The position numbers and the translations under genes were made by a program. From Callorhinchus milii (Eukaryota), in NCBI RefSeq assembly GCF_018977255.1, contig NW_024704743.1:32428001-32492000 (forward strand): a DNA stretch of 64,000 nt, written 5' to 3'. Shown piece after piece: positions 22,263 through 34,954 of this stretch. The notes below the pieces were generated by a model. The model worked only from the letters and a program-made list of their open reading frames with translations. It was not told where the DNA came from and ran no database searches. Positions within the stretch are counted from its first letter, which is position 1, and every line of letters starts with the position of its first letter.

Positions 22263-25200
22263 CTAATTTGGAAAGAAAAGTGAGCATTTAGGAAATATTA
22301 ACAAAGCCAACTTCAAAGAAAAGTTTAGTGAATGTAATATTTTATCTGTGGAAAAGTCAGAAAACAAATGTTGCATATATATTAAAAAATATATTATATA
22401 ACCAAAACAATAAGCAAAAAAAGCTATAAATGGGGAAATAACGCATGATTTGCAGGTAATAATTTGGTAATAAAAACAATTTGGTTCCTCAATCCACGAC
22501 TGTTTGTGCTGTCCACAATTGGCTGCCACGTTTCGCCAACAAAATATACAATCAATTCACTTTACAGTATATTCTGTGAAGCACTTTGAGACATCTCGAA
22601 GACGTGATGTGGAGTCCTGTAGCTCAGTGGTTAGAGCACTCGCTTTGCAAGCGAGAGACCTGAGTTCAATTCCAGGCAGGGCGAAACCTTGGGCAAGTTT
22701 CCTTACTCCACACAGAGCCTAATAATAATCCCTCCAAAAAACAAAAACAATAATAAATTGGTCATTTTCAATCTACGACTGTTTGTGGGACATTGCTGTG
22801 CGCAATTGGCTGCCGCGTTCGCCACAAATATACAGTCAATTCACTTTACAGTGTGTTCTGTGAAGCGCTTTGGGACGTCCTCCCGACGTGAAAAGCGCTA
22901 TATCAAATGCAAGGATTATTATTATTATTATTAGGCGCTATATCAAAAGCAAAGATTATTATTATTATGAATACACTGTTTCTTTGCTCTCATATTCAAC
23001 GCATCTATATCTAAGACCCCCATCTGTTTTTCTTATGGTCTTATCTACTTGCTCTGCGCTCCCAGACATGTTCTTAACTATTATCTGGTTTGTTGCACAA
23101 CCCCTCTCCCACCATCCGTGGCCAAACTTTCAGACTCTACGCCCCTAACCTCTAGAGGTCCCTCGCTCTACCTGTATGTCTCACCGCCTCTCAGTCTTCA
23201 AGTCCGGCCTTAAATCCTGCCTCTTGACACCTATAGTCACATCCCCTTTTCCTCCTCTCCCCTGCTCCACATCTGACCCCCCCCCATTACTGTAAAGCGC
23301 TGCAAGTTATTAGTCCTATGTGAAACACACTATATAAATATAAATTGTTGCTCGTTCAAGCTACAGAGCTGTGTCACACCCTCTCCGACATGTGTTGCAC
23401 CAATAAAATGGCTATAACATTGTAAAAGCAATTGCAGATCAATTATTCTGAAGTGATTTTACTCACGAGGAAAGATTGATGTTCTGTGCCGGTATCACAA
23501 CAACCCTGTTAGGGGCAACCAGTACAGAGTTGTCACATGAAACGACCCGCAATCCAAGCAGAAACTTGCCTGGGGTGGCTCCTCCTACCCCCCAAAGGCA
23601 AATGATCTAGACACGGAGACAAAACCCGTTTCAATTCAGAGCCACTTCAAAAGCCATTTCTATAACTACTGGCAATAACTTACTTTTTCACAAGTTAATC
23701 TCGTTCCACATTTTGCTCTTGTATTACTTCCCTGGCCAGCAAATTTCAAATGCAAACTTTTGTACTGTCTAATGCTATGAGATGGTTGTGAGACCTTCCG
23801 ACTGTTAAAAAGAGTTACACACACACACACACACACACACCAACCAATATGAAAGAAGCTCTTTGGACTTGGGAAACCCAACCCTCAGTTTGAACCCAAA
23901 GAATGCAAAATGTTCCAAGGCTTTCCTGATGTATTATCCAATTCTACACAAAAGGCAACGGCTCTCTTATTGTTTGTTATGGAACATTCTGTGACATTGG
24001 ATAAAAAGGAAGACAATATCTAATTATGTCATGTGAAGTTAAACATGGATTTTCATAGCCTGGGTCAGCTGATGGCATTGTTGCCTATGAGTAAGAGGTT
24101 CGAGACTTTGAACTCGCAACTCAGGCTGAAATTCCAATATACTGATGAGGGGCCAGGTTTGCCTACAAAAGCACAGTCACTATACTTTAAAGTACATACT
24201 GTGGCTCACTTTGAGACATTCGCTTCACATGAAAGGTATTATATCAAGTGCAAGGACTAGAGTTTCAACTCTGAATGTAAGATAGTAAACAATGCTCACT
24301 ACCTGATATTTGAACTCAGCTCCCAACACCAACCTATCCTTTTATGTGATGCTTAAATAAATGTCAAAAGCTGTTTGCTCAGAGATAATATTATAGATTT
24401 CTCCATACACAAACACACACACCAAGCAACTAATATAGAACTCCCAACATGCCCCAAGTACTGTCTTAAAGACACTCACAGCAGCACTGCACCTCTCCTC
24501 TGACTTTCAGACCATCTCTGGTACTCAGCATTTAAACCGGAGATCCACACACCGCTACACAAATCTGGACTAGGGCTATTTGTATTGGCAAATTAGTACC
24601 AGCTGGAGTTATGATGCTCTCTTCCCCACCAGAGACCAATAAGTGCCTTACCTCATAGCCACAGACTAATAGTCTGTACATCAACGCTACAGCCATCATC
24701 CTCTGAAGATCTTCTAAAGATGTGTCTTCATCAATTTCTTCAATTATGTAATTCAAGGCAAACTTAGAAAGATCCCTGTACATGCAAACAGACATAATGT
24801 GACAATATTAAATCAATGCTGCCTGAAAAAAAATCTAAACAGTGAAGATTTTCTGTCACACTTCCAATAAAACCACAACACATATGGAAGTGGCTATTAG
24901 CAACTAGCAAACTGTTGAAAGGAAGCAGACGATATCCATAAGGGAATAAGGTTGAATTGGGGGGAGGGGAAGAAAGAGAGTAATGAGTGAGATGCCACAT
25001 GGGCATCAACACCTTCTTATATTTTTGAAAATCCAGATAAACTACGTCTACCGCACTACCTTCACCCACCCTCTCAGTCACTTCATCCAAAAATTCTGTT
25101 AGGTTTGTCAGACGCGATCTGCCTTTGACAAATCCGTGTTGACTGTCCTTTATTAAACCATATTGTGGAGTCCTGTAGCTCAGTGGTTACAGCACTCGCT

Positions 25201-28200
25201 TTGCAAGCGAGAGACCTGAGTTCAATTCCAGGCAGAGGGCGAAACCTTGGGCAAGTTTCCTTACTCCACACAGAGCCTAATAATAATCCCTCCAAAAAAC
25301 AAAACAATAATAAATTGGTCATTTTCAATCTACGACTGTTTGTGGGACATTGCTGTGCGCAATTGGCTGCCGCGTTCGCCCACAAATACACAGTCAATTC
25401 ACTTTACAGTGTGTTCTGTGAAGCGCTTTGGGACGTCCTCCCGACGTGAAAAGCGCAATATCAAATGCAAGGATTATTATTATTATTATTATATTAAGCC
25501 TTGCATTTGATATAGAGCTTTTCACGTCTTCTCGACATCTCAAAGCGCTTCACAGAATATATTATTAGGCATGTGGCGTAAGGAAACGTGCCCAAGGTTT
25601 CGCCCTCTGCCTGGAATTGAACCCAGGTATCTCGCTTGCAAGGCGAGTGCTCTAACCACTGAGCTGCAGGACTCCACTTCTTCTTGATCCTTGTATAAAT
25701 ATATGAATTGGATTTGCAAGGCAGTTAAATCTGCAGCTGACACCAAGAGAGAAGACAACCAAACTCTTACAAATGCATCTATGCTGATGATTACAAAATT
25801 CTACTGGTAAGTATGGTTAATTAACTAGTACTACCAAACACCGCTGGAATCATAATTTCTTCTTTTTAAAAAAAACTATTTTTTAAAAAATCCCAATTCA
25901 CAGAATATCTTCATGAAGCCCAACCTGAAAGATAATCACATGTTTTGTACCAAATGGAGCAGACGAGGTGGAGTGACTCAGGACAACGGCTGTCTATCTT
26001 AATCATCTATTACCAAAACATATGTATTTTACAGGAAAGCTGAGTGTTCTACTTGACACATTTGCACTGTGTGTGTTTTTCTTAGGGGGTGTCTTGTAAG
26101 AGGGGTGTCTTGTAAGGTTTGAGATTTAATTTTTGTTGGAAAAACTGAGATTAATCTTGTTTTTGTAAACCAGTTGGTGACTTTACTAACAATCTGACAA
26201 TATTCCTCATTACCATTCCTATGCAGATTTCAACTACATTTTGGAAGTTTCAGCAAATCTAAAACTTTGTTTTAAAAAAAACAGCAGGGCTATATTTTCC
26301 ACTGCGCTTTTGGTCACCTTTTCTCTTCCCTCACCCCCAATCCTGCACCAGCTCAGGCACCCAGGCCACTCCACTCTGTAAAGCACTTTTGAGATGCTCC
26401 GCTGCCTTGAAAGGTGCAATATAAATATAAACAGTTGTTGTAGATGGTACTTACTTGATTCCACAGATATGCATTACTGTCAGTACCACCACTGCCTTCA
26501 GCAGAAAAAGAATTAGGAAGTCCACCATCTCTGCAAGAAACCTCTGCAGCAATGAGGGGATGGTGTACTCACGGCCTAAAAAACAAAGACAGATATTCAT
26601 CTCTTAAAATATATCAAACTCAAAAACACACAGCACAGCCATGAGAACATTCAAGTACATGACCGATAACTAAAGAGTGTGCATTTTCATAGTGAAAACT
26701 TTGCAGACAATTACTGTTATGTGTACTGACTGTTTTTGATGCCCAAAACTCATTTGTGTGTAGCAAATTTGCATAAACAACAATGAGGTGAATGACCAAT
26801 TTACCTGGAGGACTATTAGCCAGGACATTGGGGACAACCTCCTTTCTATTTTCCAATAGTGTCATGTGATGTATAATGTTCCATCTTAAAAGGCAGATGG
26901 GATGTTGGTTTACTGCAAATAGATAAGTCTTCTCCTTGACTCCATCACCCCCATCCTCGTCCAGTTCCACTGGCTCCCCATTCCCAGAGGATGGAGTTCA
27001 AAATCCTTGTCCTCGCCTTCAAAGCCCTCCACGGCCTTGCTCCTCCCTATCTCCATGACCTGCTAACCTGCTATGAGTCCCACTCCTGGCTTTCTCTGAT
27101 CTCTCGTCCACTAGCACCTACCTCCTCCCCAATTTATAATAATAATCCTTGTATTTGATATAGTGCCTTATCATGTCGTTGAGGAGTCTCAAAGAGCTTA
27201 ACAGAATATTGAATATATTGGAAGTCAAGGTCCAGTTATCAGGAGTTTACTGTAATGTTCCGAAGTTGTTGTAGGTGGAGTCCTGTAGCTCAGTGGTTAG
27301 AGCACTCGCTTTGCAAGTGAAAGACCTGAGTTCAATTCCAGGCAGAGGGCGAAACCTTGGGCAAGTTTCCTTACTCCACACTCCTAATAATAATCCCTCC
27401 AAAAACAATAATAAATTGGTCATTTTCAATCTACGACTGTTTGTGGGACATTGCTGTGCGCAATTGGCTGCCGCGTTCGCCCACAAATGTACAGTCAATT
27501 CACTTTACAGTGTGTTCTGTGAAGCACTTTGGGACGTCCTCCCGACGTGAAAAGCGCTATATCAAATGCAAGGATTATTATTATTATTATATTTGACTGA
27601 GCTCTACACACATGGCCAGAGTGGATCAATTTTCTGAGTTCTTTGTCTACCGGATATTAAGGGGAAATATAGAAAATTTCTTTGAAATGCAGGGTCCAAA
27701 TAAAATGACCAATACTGCCTTTCGATGCAGAACATCTCAATGATTTCAAGTTAAAAGGTTAGTTCCAGTAATAAAAATCCTTTCATTTGATACAGTCATC
27801 ATTATCATAGCTTGTTCCTCCAAAGCAGCAAGCCAGGATCTATTTGATTTAGTGCCTTTAATGTTGAAACATTTCAAAGTTCTTCGCAAGAAATTGCTCT
27901 CTGGTGTAATGTATTTTGTAAGGAAACACAGCGGCCAATTTGCACACAGCAATGTCCCACAACAGTAACATGACCAATTTATCTGGGGATTGTGAGCTAG
28001 AGCACTGGGAGGAACTCCCTTCTGTTTTGTATAGTGTTATGGGTTCTGGAACTCCCTTCTGTTTTGCACAGTGTTATGGGTTCTTCAGCATACACCTGAA
28101 CAAGCAGGATTAATGTCTCATCCAAAGGAAGACATATCTGACAATGCAGCACTTCTCCAGCTCTGCACTGGAATGTCAGTCGAAACTGCAAGCAAACAAC

Positions 28201-29798
28201 CCAACATAGTGTTAATTCCTGAACGTTGATTCTTTAAATATTAATTTATTGACAAATGAGCCCCAAACTGATATCCATAGATTGATTCTGAATGTCCCGT
28301 TCACACCCAAGACAGGTTTGGGACATCAATGAGAAGGTATGTCCATTTATCTTTTAACCTGATCAAAAAAAGACCGGCAAATTGTTACCTATAAACCAAA
28401 GAACTTAAAACTTGTGACTCACAGGCCTACTGAATAAAGACACAGTATGGTACAGGTTGGCACGATAACAAAAGGCCAAAAGCACATGGGCTCAATTCCC
28501 AATCTGTGCTGAATTCACTAATCTCAGTCAAGTAAGAAGTGTGACTGGCTTCAGCATCCCTGGATTGTTGGGGGGGGGGGAAGAGAAATGAGACAGACTT
28601 CTTGCTACCAATTGTTTGAGAAGTATAAGTGCACGTTGAGTGGGGACCGCATTAGGTTTTGCTATGTCCTCTCTTCCCTGTCGTCCAATATTTCACTGAG
28701 ACCGCGATGTAGGTTTACACAACGAGCTATTCTAATGGAAGGAAGCCATCGTATTCACTCCCAGCAGAACCCCCCCCCCCCCCCCCCCACCCCGGGAAAG
28801 GAGAGAGAAATAATAATCCTTCACTCTTTAATTGCAAAGTTGTAATTGCAATTATGAAACGTTTGTGTGCAAAACCTCAACTCTATTAGGACTGCAACTA
28901 CGTGTCACTTCGAATCTGCACTGTCTCTGAAGTTCACGTTAATATTGAACACAGAGAGAGAGAGAGAGAGGGGGAAAAAACAACTGGATGTGGGCTAAAC
29001 CCACATTAAGGTATGTTTTGGTCTGACAGGTGGAAACCCATCACCAAGATCCAGAATATCCCCAACAACTGAGAATCCCATACATCTCACCTACACAAAC
29101 CTCCAGCCCCATTGGACTTGAAAGGTGCTGCACCAATATAATGTCGTCGTCGTTGTTGTTGTTAAGAAGACCCATCTGCACCAACATCTGGAGATGAAGG
29201 TCCAGACGAGTGAGTGAGTGAAGTGAGTGAAGTGAAGTGAGTGAGTGGTGCAACGTCTCTTACCTCCGGGCGGTGGGTTCCCCGCCTGTGGCTGTGCATG
29301 AGCGGCCGGGAGCCGTGTACCCGCCGCCACCACCTCCCGCTGCTCCCGCTGCTGCTCCCGCTGCTGAGCTCCGCCGCCGCCGCCGCCCGGAGGCGTTTGC
29401 CCCGATGGGGGGACCCCATAGTAAGGAGTGTACGGGGGGAAGGGGTTGTACGGGCTATTGGCAGCAGTGAGTGCGGTCGCCTCCCCTCCTTCGGGCTGTC
29501 TGACGTGCGCGGTGTAATGGGTCGGGGAATAAGGCGGAAAGGCGGCGGCGGCGGCGGTGCTGTGGGGGGGGAAGGCGGCCGCGCCCATCAGCAGCCAACT
29601 CTGCCACTGCACGTAGCTGTAGTACTGGCACAGCCACTCCTGCACCCTCCTCGAGTACTCCCCGGCGCTGGCGGCCGGGCGGTCGGCCGCGGGCCGTGCG
29701 CGGGGGCCGCCCCGGGGCCGGTGGGGGGCCGGAGCCGCGCCCGCGCCGGAGCGCTCGGGGCGCCGCGGCGGCGGCGGCGGAGGCGGAGGTGTGGCCAT
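22118..29798 (-). CDS. FAM8A1: FAM8A1 (RDD-domain HRD1/ERAD complex subunit), 354 aa; complement join(29798-29264,26575-26455,24775-24652,23606-23467,22262-22118)
   Basis: Five GT-AG exons, 1065 nt, phases 1,2,0,2. Motifs [84 protein letters not shown] in GCCATGG. Confidence 0.95.
22609..22968 (+). mobile_element. Young tRNA-Ala/Deu SINE with duplicated tail, preceded by an older partial copy (about 22470-22608)
   Basis: Near-identical to copies at 25165, 27275 and 46215. Confidence 0.92.
23467..23606 (-). CDS. FAM8A1: FAM8A1 exon 4
   Basis: [46 protein letters not shown], 140 bp. Confidence 0.95.
24652..24775 (-). CDS. FAM8A1: FAM8A1 exon 3
   Basis: [41 protein letters not shown], 124 bp. 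Confidence 0.95.
25165..25491 (+). mobile_element. Young tRNA-Ala/Deu SINE, full length
   Basis: GTGGAGTCCTGTAGCTCAGTGGTT..GTTCAATTCC head; (ATT)n tail; adjacent to a CR1 RT fragment at about 25010-25164 (-). Confidence 0.95.
25497..25677 (-). mobile_element. Internally deleted SINE, tail-to-tail with the previous copy
   Basis: Tail and head present, Deu core missing. Confidence 0.9.
26455..26575 (-). CDS. FAM8A1: FAM8A1 exon 2
   Basis: (G)[39 protein letters not shown](K), 121 bp. Confidence 0.95.
27275..27590 (+). mobile_element. Young tRNA-Ala/Deu SINE, full length
   Basis: Matches the family consensus. Confidence 0.95.
28011..28084. repeat. 37-bp direct tandem duplication inside an old SINE
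   Basis: GGAACTCCCTTCTGTTTTG(T/C)A(T/C)AGTGTTATGGGTTCT x2. Confidence 0.9.
29264..29798 (-). CDS. FAM8A1: FAM8A1 exon 1
   Basis: MATPPPP...[17 protein letters not shown]; donor G|gtaaga at 29263; the start codon is less certain than the rest. Confidence 0.85.
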
Positions 29799-29804
29799 GG
29801 CCCC

Positions 29805-30207
29805 CCGGGGCGGATGGAACGCGAGCCCCGGAGCGGATGGAACGCGAGCCCCGGAGCGGATGGAACGCGAGCCCCGGAGCAGCGGATGGAACGCGAGCCC
29901 GGGCGGATGGAACGCGAGCCCGGGAGCGGATGGAACGCGAGCCCCCGGAGCGGATGGAACGCGAGCCCGGGAGCGGATGGAACGCGAGCCCCGGGGGAGC
30001 GGATGGAACGCGAGCCCCCGGAGCGGATGGAACGCGAGCCCCCGGAGCAGCGGATGGAACGCGAGCCCCCGGGAGCGGATGGAACGCGAGCCCCGGGCGG
30101 ATGGAACGCGAGCCCCCGGGAGCGGATGGAACGCGAGCCCCGGGAGCAGCGGATGGAACGCGAGCCCGGGGCGGATGGAACGCGAGGATGGAACGCGAGC
30201 CCCCGGG
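29805..30207. repeat. GC-rich minisatellite, 17 copies of core GGATGGAACGCGAG in units of about 21-28 bp
   Basis: Counted directly; variable C/G runs and optional AGC insert; abuts the FAM8A1 ATG. Confidence 0.95.
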
Positions 30208-30649
30208 CGCCGGCGCGCGCTGCAACTCAGGGGATGATGATGGAGGAGGAGGAGGAGGAGGCGCTTCCCTTCCTACTCCCAGGACAGACTTCACCCGCAG
30301 CCTCGGCTTTAGAAGGAACGGGTCAGTGTGTGAAACGTAACGTTCAACATTGCAATGGTGCAAAGAGGTTCCTCCCACTCCTCGTCCCTCCGTCTCTCTC
30401 GCTCTCGCTCTCTCCTCCCCCCGTGTGGCTGGCAGTGGACTTGCTCGGCTGAGGATGACGTTGCACTCCCAGTGCTGTCAAAGTGTCTGTGGCTGAAGAA
30501 GCACGTACACCCCAACACAGCGCAGGGGGAGGGTTTGTGTGTGTAAAGGGGCTGACGGAGTCCAAGAGAGAGGGAGGGAGGGAGAGCATCAATAGCAAGT
30601 CAGCAAACGAGGGCGGTTAAGAGTGTTTTCACATGCAGTTGGGATACGC

Positions 30650-30863
30650 TTAATAACAAACCCTCCACAAACCGAGAACAATAATAAATTGGTCATTTTC
30701 AATGCACGACTGTTTGTGGGGACATTGCTGTGCGCGATTGGCTGCCGCGTTCGCCCACAAATATACGGTCAATTCACTTTACAGTGTGTTCCGTGAAGCG
30801 CTTTGGGACGTCCTCCCCATGTGAAAAGCGCTATATCAAATGCAAGGATTATTATTATTATTA
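30650..30863 (+). mobile_element. 5'-truncated SINE of the same family
   Basis: Deu core and tail only. Confidence 0.85.
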
Positions 30864-31517
30864 TATGGAATAACCGGTGGTTGGGGCAGAATTCATTAAA
30901 AGGAAACTTGATAGATATCTAAAAAGGAGTATACAGAAAGGGCAGGTTGATGGGACTGAAAAGATTGCTCTTAAAAGAGCCAGCATCGTCTGAGTGTATT
31001 TGACACATACAGAAACCCATCACCGTGCTTAAGAGTATCCGAATCAGGCAGGGAGTTCCACATACATGTGCGTAAGTCGCCCACACATGGGGATTTTCCC
31101 TGTGTCTGGGAGTGTATTCTCCCTGGAAGGGCATCTATTCCAGGAGAGTGTTATGGGCAAGTTGACAAGAGCCAAAGGTTAGGACATAATGCAATATAAC
31201 TGAGCCATAGCCACAGAGCCTGAGAGAGGTGCAAAGTAACTGAGGGATACACCCACATAGACAGAGAGCGAGAGATACAAATTAAGCTTTTCTTTCATAC
31301 CTAGTTTTAGTTTCTAAATACCTGTAATCTAAATGTTGGATTGAAAACATTTCCACATAGTAGTTCAAATTGTTTTAACAAAGTGAACATGAATAACCTT
31401 ATAGGAGTGACATTTAAGATCACCAAGTGCTAGAAAGACAGCATAGTTTGAAACATTTTTATAAAATTAGAGGAACAGACATCAAAATAGGCTTTTAAGC
31501 TCAAACATGTGATGGTT

Positions 31518-32540
31518 AGAACAACAACAAAATTACATTTGTATAACACTTTTCACGTCGGGAGGACATCCCAAAGCGCTGGACAGACAGAGTTACGGAC
31601 CCGAGCTGAGGGTTGGGGTGGGGGAGGGTGGAAGGCAGGGGGGGAAACAGGGTTGAAGCGGAGGGTCTTGAAGGAGGGGCCGAGATGGAGGGACTGCGGG
31701 ATGGAGTTCCAGAGGGTGGGGGCAGAATGGCGGAAGGCCCGCCCGCCAATAGTGAGACGAACATGGCGGGACGTGAAGCAGGCCGGGGCCCGCTAAGCGG
31801 AGGGAGGGAACAGGATGGTAGGGGGTTAGGAGGTCAGAGAGGTAGGAGGGAGCAAGACTGTGGAGGGCTTTGAAGGTGAGGACCAGGATCTTGAAGTGTA
31901 TTCTCTGTGTGATGGGAAGCCAGTGGAGTTAGGCAAGGATGGAGGTGACAGGGTCGCAGAGCCTGGTGCAGGAGAGGACACAGGCTGCAGAGTTCTGGAT
32001 GATCTGCAGTCTGGATGGAGGAGTTGGGGAGGCCGACAAGCAGTGAGTTTGCATAGTCGAGCCTTGATGTAATGAAGGCGTGTATGAGGGTTTCGATGGC
32101 CTGTGGTGTGAGACAATGGTGGAGTCGGGCAATGTTGCAGAGGTGGAGGAAGGCAAAGTGGGTTATGGCGCAGATGTGGGTAGGAAGGATAGTTGAGGGT
32201 CAAACAAGACCCCAAGGTCTCGGACTGGCTTATCAAGGTGGAGAATGCAACCATGGATGGTGATGCTGTCAGCGCCTGAGGTGAGGAGGCGCTGACAGGA
32301 GCCAATCAGGAGAGCCTCAGTCTTATTGACATTCAACTGAAGAAAGTTGGCTCTCATCCAGGACTTGATGTCTGACAGACATTCTGTCAAGACAGCAGTG
32401 GTCCTGGAGGCAAGGGTGGAGGCAGAGAGGTGGAGTTGGGTGTCACCACATACATGTGGAAGTTAACCCCATGTCTGCGGATGATGTCACCAAAAGGGAG
32501 CATATAAATATTGAAAAGGAGGGGACCAAGGACAGAGGAA
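31518..32540 (-). mobile_element. L2-clade LINE 3' portion
   Basis: [63 protein letters not shown]. Confidence 0.95.
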
Positions 32541-34604
32541 CACTGCAATAATCCTAAGGATTGATTTTGCAAAATGAGACGCAAATTAAAACATGCGCTG
32601 ATCGTTGTGATTATGCGTTATTGCCTGTGGTTTTAAATGATTACAAACACACAGTCAATTTGCCTCAAAGCAAAGTGCATTTTTTAAAATTTTATTTATT
32701 CGATTTATTTTATTTGGCCTGGATGTGGTTTTATTTGCATGTTGGAGATTTAAATAAATCGTGACACAACAACATTTGAACGAATGGTTTACTATGTTCT
32801 GTTTCTTAACGTGAACATTATAAACATTGATTAAGTAGAGCCTGACAAGACGCTCAAAACTCCACTGTCTGATTTGCAGATCTTCGTTCTCACTTGATGC
32901 TGTAATTGTGAAACATTCTCAGCATCTCACTGAGCTCCTGATGTAGGTTTACACATTGAGCTACTTAGACACTCTGCAGGAGTTCAGTTCCGGAAGTAGA
33001 TTATATCGCAGACTGGGGCATTCTGGCTACTAGGAAAATTTCTCAAGTATTCCTGGCTTCTGAGCACACCCGTGAAAATGGCTCCCAATTTTTTTAAACA
33101 CATAGATGGCTAGGGCTTCAGGGGCTCAACCACAAATCTACCCTGAGTCGTAGGAAACTGAAAACCACTGCTAACCCTAGCTGTGCCAACACTGGGTCCC
33201 CAAGAATTGACTGACATGCACTTACCCCTCAGCCTTATTGGCACTTACGCAGTAATGAGGTGGTTTAACTTGTCGAGACAGTAATCAGGACTCATTATTG
33301 CTGGTTCAAAGAAGTGAATCAAGTCATTGCAAGCTTAACCTGCTCTTTTCATTGCTGTTGGATGTCAGATAGGAAGCTAATTTGGCAGAATTTGTAAATT
33401 CTGGATGTGTTCCAGGAAACTTCACGGAAGTCATGACTGTGTTCAGTGATAAGAGATCCAGAGGGCTAGCCATGACACGTCTGAAATTCACTATTTACCC
33501 ATTCTTTTTGCAAATCTCACAATTTAAACTCTATTCCAAGTTAAGTCAGAAATTCACAGAGTTGATCATGGAAAACCACCCGTCTTTTGAACCAACAGAT
33601 AAGATTCCAAACCTCTTGGAGTAAGCCGACACACATAAGAAATTCAGAAGCTGAAATTCTGCAACTCCTCAGGTGTACTACTTTTTTTTTGTAGAATTTC
33701 AATCTTGCATTTGTGTCAACATTATTTACACACAAGTCAAAGTACTGGTGTTACAATTGGAGACAGGCGTGCCTCATCATTGCCACCTAGTGACAAAGCA
33801 AGTGAGGTATAACTCTAATCTGGGACCCGTGGGCACCAGATTGTCAGCCTGGAAATACAGGTTTAACAGTAAATACTAATTGGAATATCAAAATCATAGT
33901 TTAAGATGGGGCATATATTTGATTTGGCAAACTGTAATCATTTAATTTAGGCTGATTTATAGTATCAAAACACGAGCCATCATTAAGACAATTTTTGTTC
34001 TAAAACAAATGAGCAACAAGGATCCTTTTTATATATAGCATTCAAGAGACATTATAGATCAGTTATAACCTGTACTCGTTAGTATTGCATAATACTGATC
34101 CCCGTGCCCAGCCATTAGAAAATTGTGGAAATACTTGCCAAAAATTGCAGGGAAATTTGACAAATTGTGCAGGAAATTGCAGGGAGTGATTGGTGCTATT
34201 GAGGTACATTTTACTGCCAACCTACAATTTTTTACTTCACCTGATAAAAACCTAACATGAAGAAATAACACATATTAGGTTGTTGCAAAAAAAAATTGTG
34301 AATGCTTTCTTTAACAAACCTGGGTGGTCCACTCGGGCAGGGGGGAAGATACCAGTTTCCACCCCATATTACATTTGAAGACCTGGAGAACCGCCAAAAA
34401 ACAGTATTGCTCGCCAAGCTCGCCAGTGCTCTGACTGCTACAGGAGGTCACCATCTCTTGCCTCTCAAAGCCCGTCACTACACACAGACAGAGACACAGA
34501 GAGACACAAAGACGAGAGAAACACGCACAAACACACACACACACTCTCACAGACACCGAAACACAGACTCAGACACAGAGAGACAGACACAGAGAGAACA
34601 CATA

Positions 34605-34954
34605 TAACAATAATCCTTGCATGTGATATGGCGCTTTTCACGTCTTCGAGACGTCTCAAAGCACTTCACAGAATATACTGTAAAGTGAATTGACTGTATA
34701 TTCTTGGGTGAAACGTGGCAGCCAATTGCGCACAACAGTGGATTGAGTGACTAAATTATTATTGTTTTTTTGAAGCATTATTATCCCCAGAAAAGCGATC
34801 CGCCCATTGACTAACAACCAAGTTCCTACCTATTGCTTGGTAAATAGAGGCGTGTGGAGTAAGGAAACTTGCCTAAATGTTGTCCTGCCGGGAATGGAAC
34901 CAAAGTCTCTCGCTTGCGAGACGAGTGCTCTAACCACTGAGTTACAGGACTCCA
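34605..34954 (-). mobile_element. tRNA/Deu SINE (long subfamily) within a CA/GA low-complexity tract
   Basis: Head, core and tail; flanks at about 34480-34600 and 34955-35120 are (CA/GA)-rich. Confidence 0.88.

Larger units (their letters stand above)
29260..30320. promoter_or_regulatory. CpG island over FAM8A1 exon 1 and promoter
   Basis: Very high GC and CpG density against an AT-rich background. Confidence 0.85.

Noticed and set aside
25165..25240. tRNA-Ala(TGC)-like sequence, also at 22609, 27275 and 46215
   Set aside because: These are SINE heads followed by SINE body and tail, without a proper acceptor stem or terminator
29805..30207. Repeat array resembling CRISPR
   Set aside because: No unique spacers, no cas genes, vertebrate context; it is a minisatellite
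29241..30452. Long ORFs (403, 307, 214 and 148 aa) over the CpG island and minisatellite
   Set aside because: Shadow ORFs from stop-poor GC-rich repeat; the frame drifts with unit length and there is no domain signal
30453..30465. GATGACGTTG upstream of FAM8A1 as a UPR element
   Set aside because: Does not match the TGACGTGG/A consensus; single short motif
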